Positions 48,984-57,508 of a stretch of 64,000 nucleotides of DNA are shown piece by piece. The translations under genes were made by a program, and so were the position numbers. Under the pieces are notes generated by a model. The model was given only the letters and a program-made list of their open reading frames with translations, did no database searches and was not told the DNA's origin. Origin of the DNA: Acidimicrobiia bacterium (GTDB lineage Bacteria > Actinomycetota > Acidimicrobiia > Spongiisociales > UBA5794); contig JBPCTY010000147.1 in NCBI GenBank assembly GCA_051011415.1, positions 8,405 to 72,404 of the forward strand, read 5' to 3'. Within the stretch, counting starts at the first letter, position 1, and the number at the start of each line of letters is the position of its first letter.

Positions 48984-49174
48984 ACGACAATCGTCTCGAC
49001 ACGATCAGCAGACAGGTTGCAGACGGCGAGTACGCAGTGGATTCGATCTCCGTCGCCGATGCGATTCTGCGGCGATGGACAATGATCGATGTTGTCGAAC
49101 TATTCGAGGAGGCTCAGTCCGGGGCGCCTGCGGATACGGTTGCGTCGGATGACGGGTCGGATTCGAGTCGCTGA
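48980..49174 (+). CDS. Small acidic protein with a FlgM-like (anti-sigma-28-type) C-terminal motif; function unknown
   Basis: 64 aa with an ATGA overlap on the antiporter stop. The segment VADGEYAVDSISVADAILRR resembles the FlgM consensus (G-Y-VD---IA--LL). The last 61 nt overlap the convergent DUF368 gene. Confidence 0.4.
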   Translation: MNDNRLDTISRQVADGEYAVDSISVADAILRRWTMIDVVELFEEAQSGAPADTVASDDGSDSSR

Positions 49175-50070
49175 GCGAACCGCCCGATAACGATGACGGC
49201 GATCATCGCAATCAACGCACACAGAAGTGCAAGCGGCACTTGTGAATCAGGCGTACCGAGCTCGGTCGACTCGACTCCGAGTGGCCACGGCCACAGGACA
49301 CGCACCGAACCAGCCATCAGACCGATCAGGACGGCAAGGACGAGGTCGTGGTGCGACCGGAGAGCCCGGTAGAGCAGCTGGGAAAACAGTGCAAGACCGA
49401 TGATTGCTCCAAGCCCAAAGACCGCAAGGGATGCGAAGTCGCGGTCGGTTACGGCCGACAGCACAGGTCCGTACATGCCCATGACAACGAGTAGGAAAGA
49501 GCCAGAGATGCCCGGCAGGATCATCGCGCAGATCGCAATGGCTCCCGCAAAGAAGAATGCGATCAGAGCTGGTTCGGCAGCCTGGGAAACGCTCTCCTCG
49601 GTTGTTCCACCACGAAGGCCGAGCAACACAAAGACGATTGCTCCGACCCCGAGTGCAATCCACGCATGTCTGCTGGTGGGTGAACCGATCAGTTTCCAAG
49701 CGATGACGACTGAACCGGCGACCAATCCAAGGAAGATTGATGCCATGATCACCGGCTGGTCCTCGAGTAGCTGTTCGATCACATGGGCCAGAGAGAACAA
49801 TGCGATCAGCACTCCGAGGCCCAGCGGAATGATGAACGACCAGTCCACCGCACCAAACCAGCGCTTGAACCCTTCGATGTCGCCCTTGACGAGTGCGCCG
49901 AGCGCAGACGACCCTGCACGCACGGATGTGATCAGTCGCTCGTAAATGCCGAAGACCAGGGCGATGGTGCCCCCTGAAACGCCTGGCACGATATCTGCAG
50001 CACCCATGGCAAAGCCGCGCACGGTCGTGAAGAGAGCCCTCAAAAGCATCGTGCGAGTGTAGGTTCGCAC
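49114..50070 (-). CDS. DUF368-family integral membrane protein
   Basis: DUF368 hallmark IVPGVSGGTIALVFGIYERL, repeated later as LPGISGSFLLVVMGMY. The start is ambiguous (GTG at 50070 or ATG at 50049). Confidence 0.8.
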   Translation of the reverse strand: MRTYTRTMLLRALFTTVRGFAMGAADIVPGVSGGTIALVFGIYERLITSVRAGSSALGALVKGDIEGFKRWFGAVDWSFIIPLGLGVLIALFSLAHVIEQLLEDQPVIMASIFLGLVAGSVVIAWKLIGSPTSRHAWIALGVGAIVFVLLGLRGGTTEESVSQAAEPALIAFFFAGAIAICAMILPGISGSFLLVVMGMYGPVLSAVTDRDFASLAVFGLGAIIGLALFSQLLYRALRSHHDLVLAVLIGLMAGSVRVLWPWPLGVESTELGTPDSQVPLALLCALIAMIAVIVIGRFAQRLESDPSSDATVSAGAPD

Positions 50071-50075
50071 CAGTC

Positions 50076-50531
50076 ATGCGAGCGGTTCTTCAAAGAGTGT
50101 CCAGCGCTGAGGTGACTGTTGATGGCGCCGTCGTTGGCAGCATCGACGGCGGCATTGCGATGCTCGTGGCGGTGTGGGAGGACGACACCGCCGAAGACGC
50201 CATTGCGCTTGCAGACAAGACCGCGAACCTGCGGATCTTTGCGGACGATGACAATCAGATGAACCGGTCGCTGCTGGATATCGGCGGTTCTGTGCTCCTG
50301 GTCTCCCAGTTCACGCTCGCAGCCGATGTGCGGAAGGGTCGACGACCGAGTTTCACGCGAGCTGCGGCGCCCGATGAGGCGCAGCGGCTCATCCTGCGGA
50401 TTGCCGACCAACTCTCCGCCGCAGGCGTCGAGGTCGAACACGGTGTGTTCGGGGCGATGATGGAGGTGTCGCTTGTCAACGACGGCCCCGTGACAATCGT
50501 CGTTGAGGTCGTCGGTGGCTCGGTGCAGTAG
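50076..50531 (+). CDS. dtd: D-aminoacyl-tRNA deacylase
   Basis: 151 aa. N-terminus MRAVLQRV and the SQFTL motif. Confidence 0.9.
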   Translation: MRAVLQRVSSAEVTVDGAVVGSIDGGIAMLVAVWEDDTAEDAIALADKTANLRIFADDDNQMNRSLLDIGGSVLLVSQFTLAADVRKGRRPSFTRAAAPDEAQRLILRIADQLSAAGVEVEHGVFGAMMEVSLVNDGPVTIVVEVVGGSVQ

Positions 50532-50534
50532 CCG

Positions 50535-53500
50535 TTAGCGGTCGGCGACTGCTGCCTTCCCTGCGGGGCAATGGTGTAGAAAGTCACACCAACGGCATGC
50601 AGGCGTTGGTGCGGCTGGGAAGGGCCCGAGTTCCGCCTGTTCAAGCAGATCAGTGATCTGCTCGTGCGCTGCGTCGAGCCACTGCTCATCCGCTGCCTCG
50701 GTCTCAACCGCAACGGGAGACACGCCGAAGTAGGCGAAAGTTACGTACACGTTGTCGGGCACGTTCGTCGATATCGCTCCCTCCGTGGCTGCAACGGCGT
50801 AGGCCTGCAGCTGCACCGTCTTGGAGGTTGACGGCGATGGCGCACCTGACTTGTAGTCGACGATCTCCCAGCGGTCCGGCGTGCCATACACGGCGTCAAC
50901 CTTGCCGCGCAGCGTTCTGCCGTCGAGGGTGATCTCGAAGGGTGTCTCGACGAGCATGGGGTGTTCCTTGGAGAAGCGTGATGCGGTGAAAACGTTCCAT
51001 GGGTCGACCGACGGCTCGACCGCTCCTTCAGACGAAGGGCTGTCGTAGGTCACGTCCTGGGCATCGTCGAGGGCAAGCACTCCGAGGTTGTGGAGCTCGG
51101 CCCTTCGGTGAAACTCGGTGCCCTTACGGGCAGACAATCGCGGCTTGCGAGGCAGCCTGTCGTGGTGGATCCATTTGAACTTCAACGGACATTGCTTGAG
51201 CGCGACCAGATTCGTGACTGAAGTAGCGAACGGCCGCTCGGTGTCTGCGGCAGCGGGGTCGCTGAGACCTTCGAACTCGATGTTCAGCTGTTCACTCTTC
51301 TTGTCCACTGCAGCTGCCACCTCTGGGAACGCCTCTTCTGCCCATTCTGGACGGTCAACAGTGTTGCGGAGCGCGTCGCTCCAACTGACATCGAAGAGTG
51401 GATCCGGCGGAAGTGGAGTTGGGACGTACTCGGGTGGCTCAGGCCGCGGTCCTGGCTCGTCGAGCACGCGATCGAGTTCGGTGGCGGGAGACTCGAGTGC
51501 AAGGGTGAGGAGCTCGCTGGGTGTGCGAGGTTTGACGTTGTCTGCATGCCACACGTGACCGGTGAATACGAGCCGGTGTCGAGCTCGCGTCACGGCGACG
51601 TAGGCGAGTCTCCATTCCTGGTGGTCATGTCGGATCTTCAGCTGCCGCTTTCGCTCCTTGACGTCTGATGTCTGATCCACCGATGACATCGTCGATCCGG
51701 TGAGCTGCATCGAGTACGGGAGTGCGACGTGTGAGTCGATCGGGTCGTAGTAGCGAATGACTGAACTCGGAAAGATCTTGCTCGACAATGCGGGGATGTA
51801 GACCTCGTCCCACTCGAGTCCTTTTGCGCCGTGGGCCGTGAGGATGCGCACAGCGTCCTCGGCGGGCAGCTCTGCTGCATCGAGCTCTTCTGCACGACCA
51901 GACTCGTCGAGGGCGTCGAGATATCTCAGATACCCAGCGAGTGACGGTGCCCCATCGAGGGGTCGCCAGCGCTCAGTCAGATCGCTGAACCGGTTGATAT
52001 TGATCCGGGTCGTCGTTGCCCGTGCCTCTGGGAGTACGGCAACCTCGGCCCAGTAGTCGAGGGCAGTGAGCAGAGCCTCCAAAGTGGCAGCAACCGTCAT
52101 CGCTTGGCATTGCACAAAGAGCTCTCGGTACACGGATGCAAAGGAGCTGGCGGATTCGTGGGCCTTTTCGTCGAAGTCCGCTCCCTCAAGCCGCGTTCCA
52201 ACGTCATCAGCCAGCACCGCATCGATCAGCGTTGATGTCTTTGCCGGTCTGGATCGGATGAGTGCAGCAACCTCCGACATGCCAAGCCGATATCTCCCTC
52301 CGGTGAGGATTCGGAGGAGTGACGCCTCATCCGACGGATCGGCAAGAACACTCAGCCAAGCGACGAGATCGGTGATTTCAGGGACGTTGAGCAGTTCTCC
52401 CATCGAGCCGACCGAGTAGGGGATGCCGGCAGCCCTGAACGCATCGGCTATTGGCCGCATCCCGTCCCGCTTTCGACACAGGACGGCGATCTCGGCGTAC
52501 GGGACTCCGTTCGAATGGCGAACAAGGATATCTCGGGCGATCCAATCGGCTTCGTCGGACTCGCTGTTCAACCACGCTGCAACGATGGTTCCATCCGCAG
52601 CCGACGGGCTTGCAACGAGTGGTGCAGCTCCACCGGCGTCAGGCAGTTCAGTCTTGACAAGGTTTGCCATTTCGATGATCGAGCGGTCGCTGCGACGGTT
52701 GATGGACAAAGGCAAAGTGGCGGTTTCGCCCCCCTCTGCTTGGGGGAAATCGTTCGGGAATTCTTCAAAGTTCTCAATCGATGCGCCTCGCCACTCGTAG
52801 ATCGTCTGATCGGTGTCCCCGACCGCTGTGACCGAAGTCCCATCTCCGAACAGCTCGCGCAGGAGACGCCTTTGTACCGGATCCGTGTCTTGGTACTCAT
52901 CGAGGAGAACCATGTCGTAGCGGCTTCGGACTTCGGCGACAACCTCTGGGTGGTTCTCGACGATCTCGACCGCAAGGCGAAGGAGGTCTCCGTATTCGAT
53001 GAGGCCAAGCGCAACCTTTGCTGCCTCGAACTCTTCAACCGCATCGACGAGAGCCAACCGCTTCTGCCACGTCGCATCGGGATCCGACGGTGCGTCGGCT
53101 CGAACTCTCTTCGCCGTCACAAGGTTGTCCCGCATGTTCGATGCGAGCATGAGGAGTTCATCGCGGCGTTGGGGGAGGGCTGTGAGGTCGAGCAGATCTC
53201 CGTCGTATTCCCTGAGTACACGGATCGCAAGCTCGGAGCGATGGGCCTCGTCCATGAGTTGTGCGCCGGCGGGGTGCCCGATGTGTGCGCCGAATTCGTC
53301 GAGCAATCCCGCAGCGAAGCCGTGATAGGTCGCTACTTCGACCTCGCGTCCGTCTGCTCTTTCCGGGATGGTCATCCGGAGCCGGTACCGCAGTTCATCG
53401 GCAGCTTTGTTTGTGAACGTGATGCCAAGCGCTCGCGCCGGGTCTGCTCCGTTGGCGACTGCCCTTGCGAGGCGCTCGACAATGGTCGTTGTCTTCCCCG

Positions 53501-53585
53501 TGCCCGCACCTGCCGCGATGCGGACGGGGACCGGATCGTGACCGATGATCGCGTTCTGTTCGGGGGATGGAGTGAATCCGTTCAT
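50535..53585 (-). CDS. adnB: UvrD/PcrA-type helicase fused to a C-terminal PD-(D/E)XK nuclease (AdnB-like subunit)
   Basis: Start refined to MNGFTPSPEQ (ATGA overlap with adnA). Walker A AGAGTGKTT. The nuclease motif GKVDAVY...IVDYKSG is followed by CRWCDFLHHC. Confidence 0.75.
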   Translation of the reverse strand: MNGFTPSPEQNAIIGHDPVPVRIAAGAGTGKTTTIVERLARAVANGADPARALGITFTNKAADELRYRLRMTIPERADGREVEVATYHGFAAGLLDEFGAHIGHPAGAQLMDEAHRSELAIRVLREYDGDLLDLTALPQRRDELLMLASNMRDNLVTAKRVRADAPSDPDATWQKRLALVDAVEEFEAAKVALGLIEYGDLLRLAVEIVENHPEVVAEVRSRYDMVLLDEYQDTDPVQRRLLRELFGDGTSVTAVGDTDQTIYEWRGASIENFEEFPNDFPQAEGGETATLPLSINRRSDRSIIEMANLVKTELPDAGGAAPLVASPSAADGTIVAAWLNSESDEADWIARDILVRHSNGVPYAEIAVLCRKRDGMRPIADAFRAAGIPYSVGSMGELLNVPEITDLVAWLSVLADPSDEASLLRILTGGRYRLGMSEVAALIRSRPAKTSTLIDAVLADDVGTRLEGADFDEKAHESASSFASVYRELFVQCQAMTVAATLEALLTALDYWAEVAVLPEARATTTRININRFSDLTERWRPLDGAPSLAGYLRYLDALDESGRAEELDAAELPAEDAVRILTAHGAKGLEWDEVYIPALSSKIFPSSVIRYYDPIDSHVALPYSMQLTGSTMSSVDQTSDVKERKRQLKIRHDHQEWRLAYVAVTRARHRLVFTGHVWHADNVKPRTPSELLTLALESPATELDRVLDEPGPRPEPPEYVPTPLPPDPLFDVSWSDALRNTVDRPEWAEEAFPEVAAAVDKKSEQLNIEFEGLSDPAAADTERPFATSVTNLVALKQCPLKFKWIHHDRLPRKPRLSARKGTEFHRRAELHNLGVLALDDAQDVTYDSPSSEGAVEPSVDPWNVFTASRFSKEHPMLVETPFEITLDGRTLRGKVDAVYGTPDRWEIVDYKSGAPSPSTSKTVQLQAYAVAATEGAISTNVPDNVYVTFAYFGVSPVAVETEAADEQWLDAAHEQITDLLEQAELGPFPAAPTPACRWCDFLHHCPAGKAAVADR

Positions 53586-56521
53586 GGCAGAAATGCCTCC
53601 GCCCCCTGCGGCATCGCCGGACAGGTGGCGGCGACCGAGCATGTGCGGCAGTGCTTTCCTGGCGTTGGCGGAAACTCCTCTGCGGTGATTGCGTCTGCAA
53701 TCTCCACCATTCGGTCCTTCACCGAGTCGATTTCGCCCATGTCGAATGATCGGGTGCTGATGCCTCGCTTCAGGACGTCCTTCGGATACCAGAACTCTGC
53801 AGCATCGACCGAGCCAAGACCGGCGAACCTAGGGTCGGCCGCGACAGCCATCGCGTAGAAGCCGAGTTGCAGAGACGATGCGGCTTCGGCGATCGTTGCT
53901 GACTTTCCAGACTTGTAGTCGACAACGGTGACGGAGTCACCCGCGCGTTCGATCCGATCGGCGCGACCTCTCCACGGGGTGCCATCCACTTCGAGCTCAA
54001 GTGCCACTTCAAGATCTACCGGCACACCGGTGGATGGCCAGTTTTCGTACAGGTTTGTAATCAAGGTCGCGGCTCGACGCTTCCATGCCATGCCGACGCT
54101 GTCGGAGCCGAACCCTGCCTCTGGAAAGAGAATGTCGAGTTGCCTGAGAGCTTCCTCGCTTGTTGAACGGGGTCGTCCTTCGCTCATGGCATTTCGTTCC
54201 GCCGCTTCAAGCACATCGTGGAGCAACGTGCCGATCCGCATATAGGGGGACTCTTCGGTGGCTGAGAGCAGGAACCGCTCAGCGACGTAGCGTCGTGGAC
54301 AGTCGTCGAAGCTCTTTGCCTGGCTGGGGGAGAGCTTGAGCCTGTCGGTTATCACTCCGTGGTCTGCGCCCTCGCGTCGCGTCCCATACCTATCGAGAGG
54401 TCCGGTGCCTGTCGGGTCCGTTGCGAGAAACGAGAGAGCTGCCAGCCGGTCCACCGTGGTGGCCTGCGGGTCTGCGAGAACTCGTCGCAGGCTCGAAACC
54501 ATTGCCTTCGGGGTCAAGGGTGTCGCACTCGTTGATGCCGGAGTCGTAGGCCGGACGAGGCGCATGAATCGGCTCGGCGCTGATCCGGCTCCTTCATCTG
54601 TTGCCGTTGTCGCCGTCCACACGACACGGTTGGCTGAGCGTGTCATTGCCGTATAGGCAAGGCGTCGTTCCTCGTCGAGACGGAACGTGACGTAATCGGC
54701 GGTCGCTGTTGGCAAGTTGGGGTTGAGGTGACGGACACCGAGCAGCGAGTCCCTGGTACGTAGATCAGGAAGCGCACCCTCAACAGCGTCAGCGATGAAC
54801 ACGACATCAAATTCGGTCCCCTTGCTGCGGTGAAGTGTCGAGATGGTGACGCCGATTGCATCGTCGACCGAGAAGAGAGGTTCTGCCTCGAAGTCGAATT
54901 GTGCGGACAGGGCAGCGTGGTCGGCCAGAGTCGTGTGTTCGTCTCGCCCCGCAATGCGTTCCAGGACTTGTGCATACGCCGCCCACGCCCTTCGGTCTCG
55001 CTCAAACTCGTCATCAGATGCGACGATCTCGAGCTGAGGGAGCGTTGACCAGATGGTCCACAGTCCAGCCGACGCTGGTTGGTTGTTGCACCAGGCCGGT
55101 GTGCCGATCAGATCGGCGAGTGGCTGATGCTGTTCTCCCACGGCGAGGAGCCATTCCGCGAGATCGGCGCCAGAACCGTCCGGCATTGTTGACACTTGTC
55201 CTTGGTTGAGTCTGAAGAAGGGGCCGAGCAGCACACGCCGCAGCGATGCTGCTGCCTCATCTCCTTCGATCGTTGCGGTGGCGACGATGTCATGCAGAAG
55301 CCTGATGACACGTTCATCGGTGAGCCGGTCCTCTGACTCCGTGTGAGGAATGTTGCGTCTATCAAGCGACCGAATCACGTCATCGACGAAGGGCCCGTGG
55401 CCCCTGGTGAAGACGGCAATGCGCTCAAGAGGAACGCCGTCGCTCAGGTGAAGCCTCTCAATCTCAGCGGCTATCCACTCGGCCTCTTGGCCGCTTGTTC
55501 CGAACTCGTGACACTGGACGCTCCCGCCTGTTCGCGTCGAGAGCACCTTGCCCGCTCCACCTGGCAGCTCTCTTGCGGTGAGCTCTACAGCTGCCTCAAG
55601 TACCTCGGTTGGTACGCGGAACGACGTCGTGAGAACGAGCCGTTCAGCTTCTTGTCCGAGTTCTGACTGCACCATCGATGGAAAGTCGAACACGTTGTTG
55701 ATGTCCGCACCGCGAAACGAGTAAATGGACTGGTACGGATCGGCAGCGACGATGAGATGAGTTGAGGACCGAGCAAGCGCCGTGAGCAGCTGCGCCTGAA
55801 CCGGCGAAGTGTCCTGGTATTCGTCGGCAACGATGTAGTCGAACGATGCGACCTCGGGGCTCGTGTTGACCAGCCGCAGTGCCTCGGCCATCACAAGCCC
55901 GTAGTCGATGCGTCCCGTGGTCCGTAGCTCACTGTTGTAGCGGTCCAGAAACTCGGGGAGTCCCTTCCATTGATCTCGGCCGATTGCTGCAACCGACTCC
56001 GACGACCCGAGCTGCTCGTGGTTGCGGAGAATGAAGTCGGTGACGTTGGCAGCCATTGCGGTGCTCGTGAGCACGCCTCGGAAGGCACCATGCCATTCCT
56101 GAGGATCCTCCAGTTCAAGCAGCCGAGCGACGAGCTGCTCTTGTTCTGCGCCCGGAAGCAGAGCTGGGGGTCTCACCCAGCCAAGCTCTGCGTGGTGTGC
56201 CTCGACCAACCGCATGGCAAGGGAGTGATAGGTGACAACGGTGATGCGGTGGGCCGCATTGCCGATCAGTTTCGTCAGCCGTGTCTTCAGATCGGCTACG
56301 CCGGTCCGTGAGAAGGTCAAGAGCAATATGGATTCAGGTTCGACGCCGTCCTCTATCGCAGACTCGATGCGAGCGCAGAGGAAGCTTGTCTTTCCCGACC
56401 CGGGTCCGCCCACGACGATCTGGGGATGTTTCGAGGAGGAGACGTGATCGGTCCACTGGTCGGGACCAATTCGGACTTCGTTGGTTGCGCCGAGAGAGGC
56501 GTCGAGAGAGAGCTGTGCCAC
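53582..56521 (-). CDS. adnA: UvrD-like helicase fused to a C-terminal PD-(D/E)XK nuclease (AdnA-like subunit)
   Basis: Walker A GGPGSGKTS. The nuclease motif GRADRIE...VVDYKSGK is followed by CRTCSVAATC. The gene order matches mycobacterial adnA-adnB. Confidence 0.75.
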   Translation of the reverse strand: MAQLSLDASLGATNEVRIGPDQWTDHVSSSKHPQIVVGGPGSGKTSFLCARIESAIEDGVEPESILLLTFSRTGVADLKTRLTKLIGNAAHRITVVTYHSLAMRLVEAHHAELGWVRPPALLPGAEQEQLVARLLELEDPQEWHGAFRGVLTSTAMAANVTDFILRNHEQLGSSESVAAIGRDQWKGLPEFLDRYNSELRTTGRIDYGLVMAEALRLVNTSPEVASFDYIVADEYQDTSPVQAQLLTALARSSTHLIVAADPYQSIYSFRGADINNVFDFPSMVQSELGQEAERLVLTTSFRVPTEVLEAAVELTARELPGGAGKVLSTRTGGSVQCHEFGTSGQEAEWIAAEIERLHLSDGVPLERIAVFTRGHGPFVDDVIRSLDRRNIPHTESEDRLTDERVIRLLHDIVATATIEGDEAAASLRRVLLGPFFRLNQGQVSTMPDGSGADLAEWLLAVGEQHQPLADLIGTPAWCNNQPASAGLWTIWSTLPQLEIVASDDEFERDRRAWAAYAQVLERIAGRDEHTTLADHAALSAQFDFEAEPLFSVDDAIGVTISTLHRSKGTEFDVVFIADAVEGALPDLRTRDSLLGVRHLNPNLPTATADYVTFRLDEERRLAYTAMTRSANRVVWTATTATDEGAGSAPSRFMRLVRPTTPASTSATPLTPKAMVSSLRRVLADPQATTVDRLAALSFLATDPTGTGPLDRYGTRREGADHGVITDRLKLSPSQAKSFDDCPRRYVAERFLLSATEESPYMRIGTLLHDVLEAAERNAMSEGRPRSTSEEALRQLDILFPEAGFGSDSVGMAWKRRAATLITNLYENWPSTGVPVDLEVALELEVDGTPWRGRADRIERAGDSVTVVDYKSGKSATIAEAASSLQLGFYAMAVAADPRFAGLGSVDAAEFWYPKDVLKRGISTRSFDMGEIDSVKDRMVEIADAITAEEFPPTPGKHCRTCSVAATCPAMPQGAEAFLP

Positions 56522-56524
56522 GGA

Positions 56525-57367
56525 TCAGCCAGCTGATCCGACGGATGCATCACCCTGCCACGCAGGACAGAGTTCTGCCTTGAAGTCGCACCAATCGCAC
56601 AGAGGGGACGTGCGGGCCGGCCAGACATCTGTGTCGATGGCCTTGTCGATCGCACCCCACAGTGCACGGAGCTGCTTGTGCATCGCATCGAGCTGTTGGT
56701 CGTTGATGTCCATCGTGTACTCGGTTGGTCCGTTGAGATAGAGCAATCGAATCCTGTGTGGGGTGATGCCTCGCGTGATCCGAATGAGGAGGGCGTAGAT
56801 CTTGAGGGCAAAGAACGCCTTGTTCGCATACCGCTCGGGCGGTGCCTTGCCCGTCTTGTAGTCGGTGATGACGAGCACTTCTCTGTCGTTGCCATCCGGC
56901 CCCGGCTCAGTGACGGTCTCCATACGGTCGAGGATGCCGCGGATCTTCATGTCGCCGACCTCGACCGTCAGATCCATCTCGAGCTCCATCGGCTCGAACG
57001 CCGTCGGGTCCTCCATCGAGAAATAGGACGCAAGCAGTTGGAGCGAACCGACACCCCACTCGCGTTCTTCTGCCTGCGTTGCAAACAGATCTGGGTACTC
57101 GGTCTGCTTCAGCTCGCTCCAAGCTTCGCGGAACAGATCGAAGAGATGATCGGGTGTCCGGTCGTCTGCGGGGAGCTCGAACAGTCGCTCAAGCGCGAGA
57201 TGTGCGGTGGTCCCCCTGGCCTGATGAACCGTTGGTTCGGTTTCGATCTTGTCGATCGACTTGAATTTGTAGAGCTGTGGGCACGTCTTGAAATCTGATG
57301 CCCTGCTTGGTGAAAGCGATGTCAACGCAGGCGGCTGGAGCGGGACTTCGGAAGCAGTTTCGGTCAT
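56525..57367 (-). CDS. PD-(D/E)XK nuclease, Cas4/AddB-type (RecB-family exonuclease)
   Basis: Start refined to MTETASE. Motifs KTCPQLYKF, GILDRME...VITDYKTGK and CDWCDFKAELC. It ends 3 nt upstream of the adnA start. Confidence 0.75.
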   Translation of the reverse strand: MTETASEVPLQPPALTSLSPSRASDFKTCPQLYKFKSIDKIETEPTVHQARGTTAHLALERLFELPADDRTPDHLFDLFREAWSELKQTEYPDLFATQAEEREWGVGSLQLLASYFSMEDPTAFEPMELEMDLTVEVGDMKIRGILDRMETVTEPGPDGNDREVLVITDYKTGKAPPERYANKAFFALKIYALLIRITRGITPHRIRLLYLNGPTEYTMDINDQQLDAMHKQLRALWGAIDKAIDTDVWPARTSPLCDWCDFKAELCPAWQGDASVGSAG

Positions 57368-57434
57368 GATTGTGACTGTACCGCACGCCCGTGACACGCC
57401 CGCGATACGCAATCCCCATCGCCGAGAGGGGCTT

Positions 57435-57508
57435 CGCGAAAACTCGAAACAAGACGCGAAAAGCAACAAGCGTTGTGGGTTGCATCAGCCCCGGGTGCGG
57501 TTTACCTT
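57435..57508 (+). promoter_or_regulatory. Conserved upstream module and candidate promoter of structured RNA copy 1
   Basis: CGCGAAAACT (57435) and CGCGAAAA (57455) lie 20 bp apart, then AGCGTT (57469), TTGCAT (57480-57485), a 17-nt spacer and TACCTT (57503-57508). Positions 57435-57485 are collinear with 58529-58579. Confidence 0.35.

Noticed and set aside
52515-53858. A 447-aa + strand ORF inside the adnB/adnA region; similar long antisense ORFs occur at 45709-46743, 32642-33502 and 10265-10810
   Set aside because: All are antisense to genes with clear family motifs and have no domain signatures of their own. They are high-GC shadow ORFs.
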